A stretch of 64,000 nucleotides of DNA from the NCBI GenBank assembly GCA_051294375.1, contig CM119271.1:1172721-1236720 (forward strand), written 5' to 3'. Of this stretch, positions 39,001 to 49,431 are shown one piece after another. A program made the position numbers and the translations under genes. Every line of letters begins with the position of its first letter. Positions within the stretch are counted from its first letter, which is position 1. The notes under the pieces are model-generated. The model worked only from the letters and a program-made list of their open reading frames with translations. It had not been told where the DNA came from and made no database searches. This DNA comes from Paraspadella gotoi (Eukaryota > Animalia > Chaetognatha).

Positions 39001-42000
39001 AAACAGAAAAAACGTCAAACATTTTTCTACATATTAAAAAAAAACATTACGTTAATCTTGATATGCAGTAAACCAAGGAAATGATCAGTTTCGTGTCAGT
39101 GGGGTAAACCAACCTTAGCCTTCTCCTCCTGCGTCTCCTTTTGAGAAGTGACCAGCTCAAATTGTAATTTGGAGTTCTCCGCCTCCAGCGCCTCCACGCG
39201 GCTCCGCTGCTCCTCCAGTCTCTTGGTCATCGGCGCGCTAGGCTTGTCGTCGTCCGACTCCTCGACGCGGCGTCGCTTCTGACGATCTTGTTGAGCGCGA
39301 TAACCGTCCTGAAGGATCTGGAGGCGCTTATCCATCACCTCTTCGGCGGCGTGCTGAGCGTCAGCGACCCTCTCTTCGTACTGTTCTTGGATCTGAACGA
39401 GTTGCACCGACATCTCGTCCGTGACCTCCCGTCGAATTCGATTCTCCATCTCACGATTCTCGCGACTCTTCTTTCGCAGGTTCTCCTTCAGCGCCGCGAT
39501 GATCTTTTTCATCTGGTCTCCCTTTTTTAAAAAAAAAGATAGAATAATAAAATTTTATTTAGAGGACTTAGCTAATAACTTTTATCCTTGCTTTTTACCT
39601 GTTCAATCGTGTAGAAAGGCTCTTCTTTGCATCGACAAGTGGTGGGCACGCCAAGGGCGGCGGGAGCAGAGCTGGTGGGAGCGGGGAGGATAGCAGAGGG
39701 GATAGCGGAGGGAATAGCGGAGGGGATAGCGGAGGGGGCTATCTCGGAATCCGCGGAGGCGGCGGATGAAGCGGTAGAGACCGCGGCTGAGGGTCTCGTG
39801 GCTCCTTTTGTTCCCACCGGTTTGACCCCAGCCACAGCGGGTTTGGCTATTAAAGAAGTTTTCGGTTTTGCGGCGCCGTTTCCTTGAACGGAGACTTTGT
39901 GTGGCGGCACAGCGGGCGGACCCATGAATTCTTAAAAGAATAATATTTATATCAAATCACGTTCTACTGTAATTCTACAGTAAATCAATGGTTTCTCCAA
40001 AAGATATTGTTCACTCACTCGGTTTCTCCTTGATCTCCACAACCTTGGCAGGCGGATCCGGTTGCGCCAATATCACGATTTCTTTGGCGATGGCCGAGAA
40101 CTTGATGGCGTGGAGCGTCTCGTCGAAGGTGGACGCCAATTGATTCACATTTACAATCATCATGGCGTGACCTTTGCCTTCGAGGAAGATAGAAAAGATG
40201 TGAGTCTAAGATATGTTATTTTCAGTCAGACTCGAATTCTCACCTTGAAAGAAAGTTTGAAAGAGACGGGTGAGTTTGGATTCGCGAAAGGGGACGATCT
40301 GATGCTTGGCGGTCGGGTGAGTTTGATTAAACTTCATCGCCTGAAAACAAACAAAAGACATCACGTATTTAGAAACGCGAAGCATCTGGCTTTGAGGACA
40401 TTGGATTTTTCTCTTAAAAATCGCTAAAACTCGAAAGCGATGGTAGGTCGGTTTTCCAATTTATAACATGGTCGATACGGCAGAGTTTCAACAAAATAAT
40501 ATTCCGAACCCTTACCTGAATGCATCTGCCAAGGGTGAGCAGAGTTGTGTTGATGTTGGCGCTCTCCTTGAGCCGATCACCCTCGGTACGCGTCTTTTTC
40601 TGCCGCTCAGACCCGGCTAGGTCGACCAGGTGCAGCATGGAGGTGCGTGCCACTTTGGGCGTCTCCGCGTCGACGATGCGAACGAGGGAGATGGTGAAGA
40701 TGCAATGGGACCGACTCGAATTGTGATTCAATTTCGTCGCCGCCTTGTGTAGATTTTTTTGACCTTCATTGCGAGGAAATTCGTCAGTTATAGTATTTTT
40801 TTTTAACTCGACCCCAATAAAAATGTGGACTGACCGGCGAGCATCACCCTGTAGGCTTCATCGGCGTTTTTGACAAAAATCTTCTTCAACCCTCTGATAT
40901 AAACGTTGCCGTTCGCATCGTCCGACAGACGAAGGACATTACGGGTGAACTTCTTTCCTGGTTTATGAGATGTTATACAACAACAGATTAGACATTTAAA
41001 TTTGTATATATATATAACAGAATACGAATTTTCTCAGTCATAGTTTCCCCTCAAACTGTCATTCAAGCCTGACTCACCCTTTTTCATGGTGGGAATCTTC
41101 TCGAGCAAATCGTAAATGAACTCGTTGTAGATTTCGGCGAAGGAAACCCAGACGGAAAATCGCACGTTTCCTTGGGCCTGGGGGAAGAGAAGTATACATA
41201 ATATATCAATCATGAAATGTATTAATTACAACAACTAAGAAAACGAACAAAAAAGAAACCTGAACGTCGACCAAGAGATCCTCGTGATCACGGTTGAGTT
41301 CCGGCAACATCTCCAACTCTTCGGTGCCCAGCGAGGGTCGCATGGAGGAATCGGTGGCGGATCCGTCGCTCGTCCGGTCCGAACTCGCGCGGGAAAGGCG
41401 GGGATCTTAAGAGTGGCTCACTATTAGTTTCGAGGTGCAGGGAGGAGGGAAAGGTGCTTCCGCAAACTTACCTAAAATCGAAGCCTCGATGGTCTTATTC
41501 GAATTGATGGAGGCGTCTTGGGCGTCGCCGTCCAGGCTCATCATCATCACCTCGTGCTTTTCCTGGAGAAGGAAGAATTTAAGAATGGGAATTTTAGTCA
41601 GTCTCTCTCTCCCTCTCTCTCTCTCTCTCACTTTGGCCCCCTTAGCGACGTCCTCATCCGAGAGACGAACGACGTTGCTGAACATGTTTGGCTGGTATTT
41701 GGCCGAGTCGTCCAGTTGCGCTTCGATGCTGTTGAAGAGGACGTCAAGGCTTCGCGGGAGAATCCCTGGGTCGGCGCCGGAACCTGAGGGTCAAATCAAG
41801 TAAAACTAGTCAGTCAGCTTCTTGTATTTGAACGCTCGTACGGATTACAAAAGAATATTATATCACTTCATTGGCAGGGAAGCCAAACTCTTAGGGAGCA
41901 AGACTTGTATGAAAGCTTAAAGGTGTTGCCATGTTATATTTTATTAAACCTCCATACCCTGCCAAAAGTCAGAGGCAAGATGGCTTACTTGTTGAATAAA

Positions 42001-43061
42001 TGGATAATTTGGTTGTAAAAATATCACAATCAGAATTTAGTGTAACACTAGCCTTGAATGGTATAGGTCTTTCCCGAGTTGGTGACTCCATAGGTAAAAA
42101 CGAGGCAGTTCTGTCCGTTGACAAAGTCGTTGACCGTATCCAGCGTCGTCTCCTCAAAGAACTGTTTTTGGTTGACCTCAGGATCGACGATTTTGGAGAA
42201 GGTATACTTGTGCGAGGCTTGCCCACTCCCGTGGACAAAGTTTTTGTAGTTGTGGGAGTCTTTCGGGGCGTTGAGAAGGATGTCGTTCCCATTGGCGATG
42301 GACACGCAGCCTTGGTCTTCGCCTGGAGTTAGTGAGAGGAACATGTTAGAGATGGAGTCACATAACGAGCAAGTAAGTAGAAAAACAAAGGGGGAAAACG
42401 AGGAGCACCGTTGGCGATTTCTTCGGGTAGAAAAGGGCGAACGCGAAGAAAAACACGGAGTGGCTCTTGGCCGGGCATCACGTTGGTAAACCGCCGTTTG
42501 GGTCTCTGTAGGGAAATCGTTATTCGTTTATCAGTTGCGCCGCGACGACTCGCGGAGCAACTCTATGAGACACTTGGGGGTCGGTCTTTCGGTCTGTCCC
42601 ACTTATAAAGAATAAAAGACGGAATCCCGATGCCGCGCAATGTCACGTGACCAACCGGAAATACACGTGATAAGGCCGTCACTGCGGCGCAACACATTTG
42701 AATTACGGTTCTTGTTTATTTATCAATCCATCAATAAATCAATCAATCATTTAATGGAATCTTGCGGGTTTTTTTCATCTAACCTTAGGCTGAGCTTGAG
42801 GCTTCGGTGTGGGATCGAAGGCTTTACTTCCAAAAAGATTGACCTTGACGTGTTTGACTTCGGAGTCGACTTCGGTGTCGGAGTCAGACTCGTCCGAGTC
42901 GGATACGTTAACCGGGATGTAGGATCCCATATCCCGCTTCTGAGGAAGGGAGAGGAAAACGGAGAGGAAAACGGAGACGAGGAGGCAAGAAAAGAATAAA
43001 GAGCAATGCAGGATTGTAGGAAACTAAAAGGGCAAAAGAAACTTACCTGTTTGCTAAACAT
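33054..43061 (-). CDS. KIF20: Kinesin-6 KIF20A/B (MKLP2/MPP1)-like motor with very long coiled-coil stalk, multi-exon
   Basis: [22 protein letters not shown]-loop [25 protein letters not shown], a kinesin-6 loop-6 insert, [51 protein letters not shown]. Heptad-rich exons at 35-39.5 kb; terminal exon RRRLY..RATRKK-stop. Confidence 0.9.
36523..36601. repeat. Intronic ~18-bp AT-rich tandem repeat (aataataataattattag)
   Basis: About 4 visible copies. Confidence 0.8.
39686..39745 (-). repeat. 12-bp coding repeat encoding (PSAI)x4 in KIF20
   Basis: gatagcggaggg units. Confidence 0.8.
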
Positions 43062-44058
43062 TCTTGAGTTTCGTTGTTCCTTTATCCGGCCATAAAGTAA
43101 AAAGTATCTGAGGTGATCTTTTTAAATATTTAACTAAGGCTTAACAATAAACAAAATAATTTTATCTTTTCGGAAAAAATTCACCGTAAAAAGCAAATTA
43201 TTATTATACATAAGTTTCCGTCTCGAATGTGGTAAAACGAAAATAAAAGACATCCATGATTTTTTTTAAACAAAGTTACTAACGTATAATTTATATTCAT
43301 AATGCAAAATTGAATTATTTATTATGATTTCTTCAGCAATTATTGTAATTTGGTTATATATATCTATAAGAATAACTTTTCATCAGTTTTAATTAACCAA
43401 AAAAAATAAAATGGAAACTAAGGAGATTTTAGAAACCGTTAATCATATTGAGACAATGTCCGCTTTTTTATCGATTCATTTTCAACTTCAAGCTCAATGA
43501 ATTTCATAACCAAATACGTTTAAAATTTTTTCGGTCTTAACAAAATTTCCGATACAATAGATTACACAGGATTTTGACACTCATATAGTAAGTAATTAGG
43601 GATAATTAGGAGCGAGAAAAATGAAAAGATTAAACGAATCAACCATTTTGGCAATGATTAGCGGCGCTAAAAAATTTTTATCTGTAAATTTTTTTAATGC
43701 AACGTTAAAATATGTTATGCAATAACTACTACAAAAATCTGAATATCCACATACAGATTCCTTTTTTAATTCATAATTTATACAACCATAAACTTCATAA
43801 TATAAAACTAATGCTTTATAATTTCTTTAAGCTGGTGGAAACTGAACCAATAATAAAAACTGAATCGGTTATGCTAATTATTAAAAAAATATTGAAGCAA
43901 AATAAGGTGAAAAAAAAACAAGACTAGTAAGACCTTAAAAGGGCTTTAGTTATGTCTCCCTCGTCACAATGCGGAAAAAATAAAAATTCAGTATCAAAAT
44001 ATTTACAAATATTCAATGTTTTAAGACTAGTTCACGTTTTTAATCAAATGAAATGAAT

Positions 44059-45096
44059 TCATTTTTCATCTACATTTGCGTCAAGAATTTCTGAAGCCCA
44101 GGACGCCATATCAATAGAATCAGGATCACTGTATAAATCAAGCAACGGATGCTCTAGCAATTGGTTATAGTTTAGTCGTTCTTCAACGTTTTTAGCAAGA
44201 CATTGAGAAGTAAAGTCTTCAAATTCTTTGGAAAACTTTCCAGTGGGCAATCTTGGTGGTTCATCTTCCACAACTTGTTTCAGTTGTTCGAAAGGAGTTT
44301 TCCAACTTTGATAAGGAAACGTGCCAGTTGCGATTTCGACGAGTGTAATACCAAAAGACCAAACATCTGATTTTATGTTATAACCCCGCTGCCCCGCCGA
44401 AGGGTTAATCCGTTCTGGCGCCATGTATGGTTTGCAGCCAGCATCAATGGTTTTGGCCACCGAATCCACTAAGTACCCACTTATTCCAAAATCACATATC
44501 TTAATTCTCCCTTGGCGATCAATTAGGATGTTGGAGGGTTTCACATCTCTATGAATTACCTTCAGTTTAGAGTAAAGATAATGCAATGCCTTCAGAATCG
44601 AAATCGCAATTTTGACAAGAAAGGGCTCTGGAAATTCTCGCTCCAGTTTAAACACCCTTCGATAGAATTTATCGAGACTGGAGTCCATTACTTCCATGCA
44701 TATCCAAACATCCCCTTCACGAAACATGGCGCCATAGAACTGCACCATGTACTTGCAATCCCCCGACCGCATATTGATATCCAAGTCCATAAGTAACCTT
44801 TTTTGTTCAGTGTTATTCACTGTACAAGAGATCCGTTTTACGGCCATAACAGTTTTACTGGGCGTATGCTCCATTTTTTCAACTACGCCATAAGCACCCC
44901 TTCCAAGTTCTTCGGTTGCTTTTAAATCGGTGGTTTCCACTTCATAAGTAATGTTTTCAATTGTCACTGTAAAGGAGTCCAGGGAGTGTAGTTGAGGGGG
45001 AACAACGGTCGGTTCTGTCACGGTTGGAGCAATCGGTTCAAAAGGTATAAGCTTCGGTCCTTTTTTTCGATTCGGTGTTCCAGATGTGGCAGACAT
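44059..45096 (-). CDS. MAP2K6: MAP kinase kinase 3/6 (p38 pathway), intronless
   Basis: LGRGAYGVV, MAVKRI, HRDVKPSN, DFGISGYLVDSVAKTIDAGCKPYMAPERI (SVAKT activation loop typical of MKK3/6). Likely ATG 45096 (MSATSGTPNRKKGPKL, D-motif-like). Paralog 3 vs 6 cannot be resolved. Confidence 0.93.
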   Translation of the reverse strand: MSATSGTPNRKKGPKLIPFEPIAPTVTEPTVVPPQLHSLDSFTVTIENITYEVETTDLKATEELGRGAYGVVEKMEHTPSKTVMAVKRISCTVNNTEQKRLLMDLDINMRSGDCKYMVQFYGAMFREGDVWICMEVMDSSLDKFYRRVFKLEREFPEPFLVKIAISILKALHYLYSKLKVIHRDVKPSNILIDRQGRIKICDFGISGYLVDSVAKTIDAGCKPYMAPERINPSAGQRGYNIKSDVWSFGITLVEIATGTFPYQSWKTPFEQLKQVVEDEPPRLPTGKFSKEFEDFTSQCLAKNVEERLNYNQLLEHPLLDLYSDPDSIDMASWASEILDANVDEK

Positions 45097-45323
45097 TGTT
45101 GAAAGGTTAAGTTCGTACAAATATTTAATATCAACCTGATAAGGAACAATGATTATGAACAAAACTTATTCACACTCTCACTATGATTAATTCGTTTTGC
45201 CTATATTATATATTTCTGGTAGAATTTAATGTGATAAGGGAACAAAATCGACAACATAGTAGGAATCAAGTTACAGAAAATTGTTGAGAAACACCAAAAA
45301 AAGCATAATACATGCAAATTATA

Positions 45324-45329
45324 TTTATT
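45324..45329 (-). terminator. Polyadenylation signal AATAAA of the RRM gene with downstream U/GU-rich tract
   Basis: ~50 nt after the stop at 45379; followed on the minus strand by tattatgctttttttggtgtttctc. Confidence 0.55.
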
Positions 45330-45378
45330 TGACTTTAAATATCTACAATAACACAAAAACTAAGAAATTGACAATTCA

Positions 45379-48300
45379 TCAACGATAAGAATATCCACCT
45401 CCCGAGGGATTATAACCCCCGCGCTGGTTGTTACCACCGCCCATGAAGCCAGATTGCTGTCCATAATTGTTTCCTCCAGAACCATATCCCCCGCTACCAG
45501 TCCGAGACGATGCAAAGCGATCTTCTTGACCTCCGTGACCGTATTCTCTCACCATATTCCCGCTATCGCCACTTGGTCGGTTACCGAACATGGATCCGCG
45601 ATCGGAGGAGCCACCATGATCCCCAGGTTTAAAAGGGTCATATTGCCGAGATGGTGAATGATTGCTCCTCTGGAAAACATCGCGAGAATCATTAAAATCG
45701 CCAAGCCCGGGAATACCACCACCACCACCGCTGAGACTACTGCTACCCCCAGATGGGCGGAAAGTATCCTTAGCAGGAGCTACAGAAGTTGGATTGCTTC
45801 CACTAAGATTACTGCTAATTCCAAGCGAAGCCAACGCCGCCGAAGCAGTAACATCTGAGCTTTGCTGGGTTCCATGAAATTGGGACGTAAGCGTATTAAG
45901 TGCATTTACTTCTTGACTTAACATCTGACTAATATTGCTCAATGTTGTCATTTTTTGCTTGTTGGATAGTCCTGGGGCATTTGCAACGTTTCGTGCCTGT
46001 TTCTGAAGCATCTGAATATTTTTTTCATGCTGCTCTTTTTTGGCATTAAATTGAGCTATTGCTGGATCGGGAGTTTCGAGACCAATCCCTAAACCAGAAC
46101 CTAGCATTCCTGTACCAGCCGAATTACGTGGTCCACTGGTTAATATATCCATAGGATGCACATTAGAACGGCCACTATCTAATCCCACCCCCGCAGGTGT
46201 GTAAGAGTGGGCTACGCTCGCACTTGTCGGCATGGAAGCCATTTGCGCTTGAGCAATACTTTGTTGTCGAAGATTCTCAGCTTCGCGCCGTCTTCGCAAC
46301 TCATCTGCTTCCCGACGTCGATTCTCTTCCTCCTGTCGACGCAGACTCTCCTCTCGGCGGATGCGTTCCTGCTCAGCCTGTTCGCGCTTCCGACGTTCTT
46401 CTCTGAGACGTTCTTCCTCTCTTCTCTTGCGTTCCAGTCGTTCAACTTCTTCCTTTCTCCTCTTTTCATCTTCTTCCTCTTTCCTTCTTTTTCGTTCACG
46501 TTCGTCTTTCTCTTCCCTTTCTCGACGTCTCTTACGACGATCTTCTTCATCCTTTTCCCTTTCCTTTCTACGTTTCTCCCTTTCCTCCTCTTCTTTTTTA
46601 CGTCTTTCCTCTTCCTCTTTACGCTTCTTTTCTTCAATCTCTTCTCTTTCCTTTCTTTTTTTCTCGAGTTTTTCTTGACGTCGTCGTTCTTCTTCCTCTT
46701 TCTTTTTGCGTTCTTCCTCCTCTCTTTTTTTCCTTTCTTCCTCGCGTTTCTTGGCCTCCTCTTTCAAAACGCGCTCCCTTTCTTCCTTTTCCTTCTGTTC
46801 TTTCTCTTGCTTCTCCATAAAAACAGCTAAAATATTTTCAAATAAATCAACAAATATATTATTTCCAGAAATATTCGCACCACGATATTTATCCAAAGAC
46901 TCCCTGCTCAATTTTGCATCTTTGAACTCGACATATGCATATCCTTTTGCAGAACCATCTGCATTAGTTGGCAACACAATAGCTTCTGCCTCGCGAAAAA
47001 CGGTGCAGAGTTCGAGATCAGTGGTAACGCCAGGAAGATTGCTTATGTACAAAGTTTTGTCAATCTTTGTAGCGTGAACAGCAGAAGCTAATCCTTCGGG
47101 CAATTTTCCAGGTTTCGGTACTTGAATTGGTACTTTTTTAAGCTCTTCTGATGCGATTTCAGTCTGAAGCACATTCTTCCATGCATTTGGTGACAAAACT
47201 TTCAAAATTTGAAGCATTTGAGTTGAATCTATAGGAAGGTGCTCATCACTTCTTGCCAACCGAGCTGTTGGAAATTCTTTCTTTAATTCCGCCCGTGCCT
47301 GCTTTGCATCCGTTTCATTTGAGTACAACAAAGTAGCTGTAGCCCTTTTTTCTTTTCCTTTTAACCCGATGTAGTTTATATTACAAGATATAGCTTTTTC
47401 AAGAGGAACAAAATTTTTAGCTTCTTGATCAGTTTTTTCAACGTTACGAGAGTCTAATCTTAAAAGCTTTTTCGTGTCTTCAACAGATAAGTTATGAATC
47501 AATATGTGCTTAGAACGTCTTCTGTCTATTTTATCCTTGAGAGCATCCAATAACTTAGTTTGGCTATCATTCCAATCAACCGTGGTCATGAGATTTCTTC
47601 TAGCCCTTCGTAATACTTCGTCTTCGATACGTCGCTCGTCGTCGATCTTTCTTCTTTCTTCCTCCCTCTTGCGTCTTTCTCGATCTCGCCTTTCTCTTTC
47701 TTCTTCCTCCTTTTTCCTTCTTTCTCTCCTTTCTTTTTCTTTTTTATCTTCGCGCTCACGATCTGATCGAGGACTTCTGTGTCGCGCCTGACTGCTTCCT
47801 CTACTCGAATCCCTTTCTAACTTTTTCTCTTCTTTCTTTTCTTCTTCGTTGCTTTTAGTTTCGACTTTGCTTTGATCTGATGTCTCAACTTTATCTTGCT
47901 TTTTATCCGTTTTATCTGAATCGAGTTTCTGGCCAGATTCGGTCGTCGTTTTTGATTTATCTTCGACTTTGCCGCTTGTCGGGACATCCGTAGTTTCTAA
48001 CTCTGTATCAGAAACCACCTCAGTTTCCATCGCTTCTTCCGGTTTATTTTCGTTCTTCCTCGCTTCGGAATCCTCTTCGGCGCTGGCAGCTTTCGCCTTT
48101 ACAGACTTGTCTTTGTCACCTTCGGCTTCGTCCACGACTTCCCATCCTTCCATGTCAGCGAGATCTTCCACTTCAACTCCTTCAACATCCATTCCTTCCG
48201 GAATAATCGACTGAGAAAACTGCGCCACCTCCGACTTTTTTGCGTTGCCGTCTTCAACGGATTGCCCATCATCCTTTTTCACGGCGTCATCGTCCACGAT

Positions 48301-49431
48301 CATAAGTTCTGCCATATCCTGTGCATCGGTCTCATCTTCTTCAAGAACAATTGTTTCTTTCGCGCCCGGCTTTTTAACCTCGACAACTTGAACCTCATTA
48401 TCCTTATCGTCTTCCTCCGCTTTTTTGCTATACTGGGTTTGTTCAGCCTTTTCTTTCGCCGTTTCATCTGCCTTTTTTTTAATATCCTCGTCGGCCGCCG
48501 TCTCAACTGCTTCTTTTCCATCTTTAGTTTCCTCAGCCTTTTCTATCGCGTCCCCGCCTTTTTCATCTTCATTGGATTTCTCTGCAATGTCCTTGCTCTC
48601 CTCTTCCACGGCTTTGCTTGGTTCCTTCTCACCGGACGTGCTCTTGTCCAATTGCTCGACAAACTTTTCCGCCTCATCTATAACATCCGGGACCTTTTCC
48701 TCGATGGCCTCGTCCGGCTTCTCTTGATCGGCCTCCTCCGTCTTTTTTTCACTTTGGTTTCCGGCGTCGACCTCGGCCGTGTCGGTGGCGGTGGCGTCGG
48801 CCTTAACGGCGGCAATGGAATTTGAGGTGACGGCGGCATCGGCAACATCCATCCCCTCGCCGACCCCGTTAACGTCTCCGTCCTTATTCTCATTTTCCGC
48901 TGACGCTGCTTCATCGTCTTCCGCTTTTTTTGCTTTCGACGCCGCCTCCGCCGCCGCCGCCGACGCCGTCGCCGCCGTCGCGGCCGCCACCTTGGCGCGC
49001 ATAGAACGTCGGGCCCCCGCATTGGCTGACCCGCGCCCGCGCGTCGCCCGTTGAACCCGCCCCGTTTGCTTCACCTCCGTTGTCTTGGACGTTTTGGCGG
49101 CGTTGTTCGTCTTACCGGTCCCAGCGTTGTTCGATTTGTCGACGAAGGCAGAGTTGGTCGCGGAACCCACTTTTGTCGCCTTGTCGGCTCCAGTATTGGA
49201 CGTCTTGTCGGCTCCAGTATTGGACGTCTTGTCGGCTCCAGTATTGGACGTCTTGTCGGCTCCAGTATTGGACGTCTTGTCGGCTCCAGGGTTGGACGTC
49301 TTGTCGGCCCCCGAGGTGGATGGATTCTTGGTCGATTTGGCGGCACCGGAGTCAGTCGATTCCATAGCCTCTTCCTCTTCTTCGTCGTCGTCGCCGTCGA
49401 GGACGACGAGCCCTTCGAGATCTTCATCCAT
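45379..49431 (-). CDS. Large intronless RRM-containing low-complexity protein (~1350 aa): acidic N-terminus, octapeptide repeat, one canonical and one degenerate RRM, E/R/K-rich helices, Gly-rich C-terminus
   Basis: 4-kb uninterrupted ORF; probable ATG 49431 (MDEDLEG). RNP2/RNP1 KTLYISNLP..KGYAYVEF; upstream RRM-like HILIHNLS..ATATLLYS; nucleolin-like features but orthology not recognised. Confidence 0.75.
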   Translation of the reverse strand: MDEDLEGLVVLDGDDDEEEEEAMESTDSGAAKSTKNPSTSGADKTSNPGADKTSNTGADKTSNTGADKTSNTGADKTSNTGADKATKVGSATNSAFVDKSNNAGTGKTNNAAKTSKTTEVKQTGRVQRATRGRGSANAGARRSMRAKVAAATAATASAAAAEAASKAKKAEDDEAASAENENKDGDVNGVGEGMDVADAAVTSNSIAAVKADATATDTAEVDAGNQSEKKTEEADQEKPDEAIEEKVPDVIDEAEKFVEQLDKSTSGEKEPSKAVEEESKDIAEKSNEDEKGGDAIEKAEETKDGKEAVETAADEDIKKKADETAKEKAEQTQYSKKAEEDDKDNEVQVVEVKKPGAKETIVLEEDETDAQDMAELMIVDDDAVKKDDGQSVEDGNAKKSEVAQFSQSIIPEGMDVEGVEVEDLADMEGWEVVDEAEGDKDKSVKAKAASAEEDSEARKNENKPEEAMETEVVSDTELETTDVPTSGKVEDKSKTTTESGQKLDSDKTDKKQDKVETSDQSKVETKSNEEEKKEEKKLERDSSRGSSQARHRSPRSDREREDKKEKERRERRKKEEEERERRDRERRKREEERRKIDDERRIEDEVLRRARRNLMTTVDWNDSQTKLLDALKDKIDRRRSKHILIHNLSVEDTKKLLRLDSRNVEKTDQEAKNFVPLEKAISCNINYIGLKGKEKRATATLLYSNETDAKQARAELKKEFPTARLARSDEHLPIDSTQMLQILKVLSPNAWKNVLQTEIASEELKKVPIQVPKPGKLPEGLASAVHATKIDKTLYISNLPGVTTDLELCTVFREAEAIVLPTNADGSAKGYAYVEFKDAKLSRESLDKYRGANISGNNIFVDLFENILAVFMEKQEKEQKEKEERERVLKEEAKKREEERKKREEEERKKKEEEERRRQEKLEKKRKEREEIEEKKRKEEEERRKKEEEEREKRRKEREKDEEDRRKRRREREEKDERERKRRKEEEDEKRRKEEVERLERKRREEERLREERRKREQAEQERIRREESLRRQEEENRRREADELRRRREAENLRQQSIAQAQMASMPTSASVAHSYTPAGVGLDSGRSNVHPMDILTSGPRNSAGTGMLGSGLGIGLETPDPAIAQFNAKKEQHEKNIQMLQKQARNVANAPGLSNKQKMTTLSNISQMLSQEVNALNTLTSQFHGTQQSSDVTASAALASLGISSNLSGSNPTSVAPAKDTFRPSGGSSSLSGGGGGIPGLGDFNDSRDVFQRSNHSPSRQYDPFKPGDHGGSSDRGSMFGNRPSGDSGNMVREYGHGGQEDRFASSRTGSGGYGSGGNNYGQQSGFMGGGNNQRGGYNPSGGGYSYR
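49180..49312 (-). repeat. 24-bp coding tandem repeat encoding (GADKTSNT/P), ~5-6 copies
   Basis: Near-identical units cttgtcggctccagtattggacgt. Confidence 0.9.
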
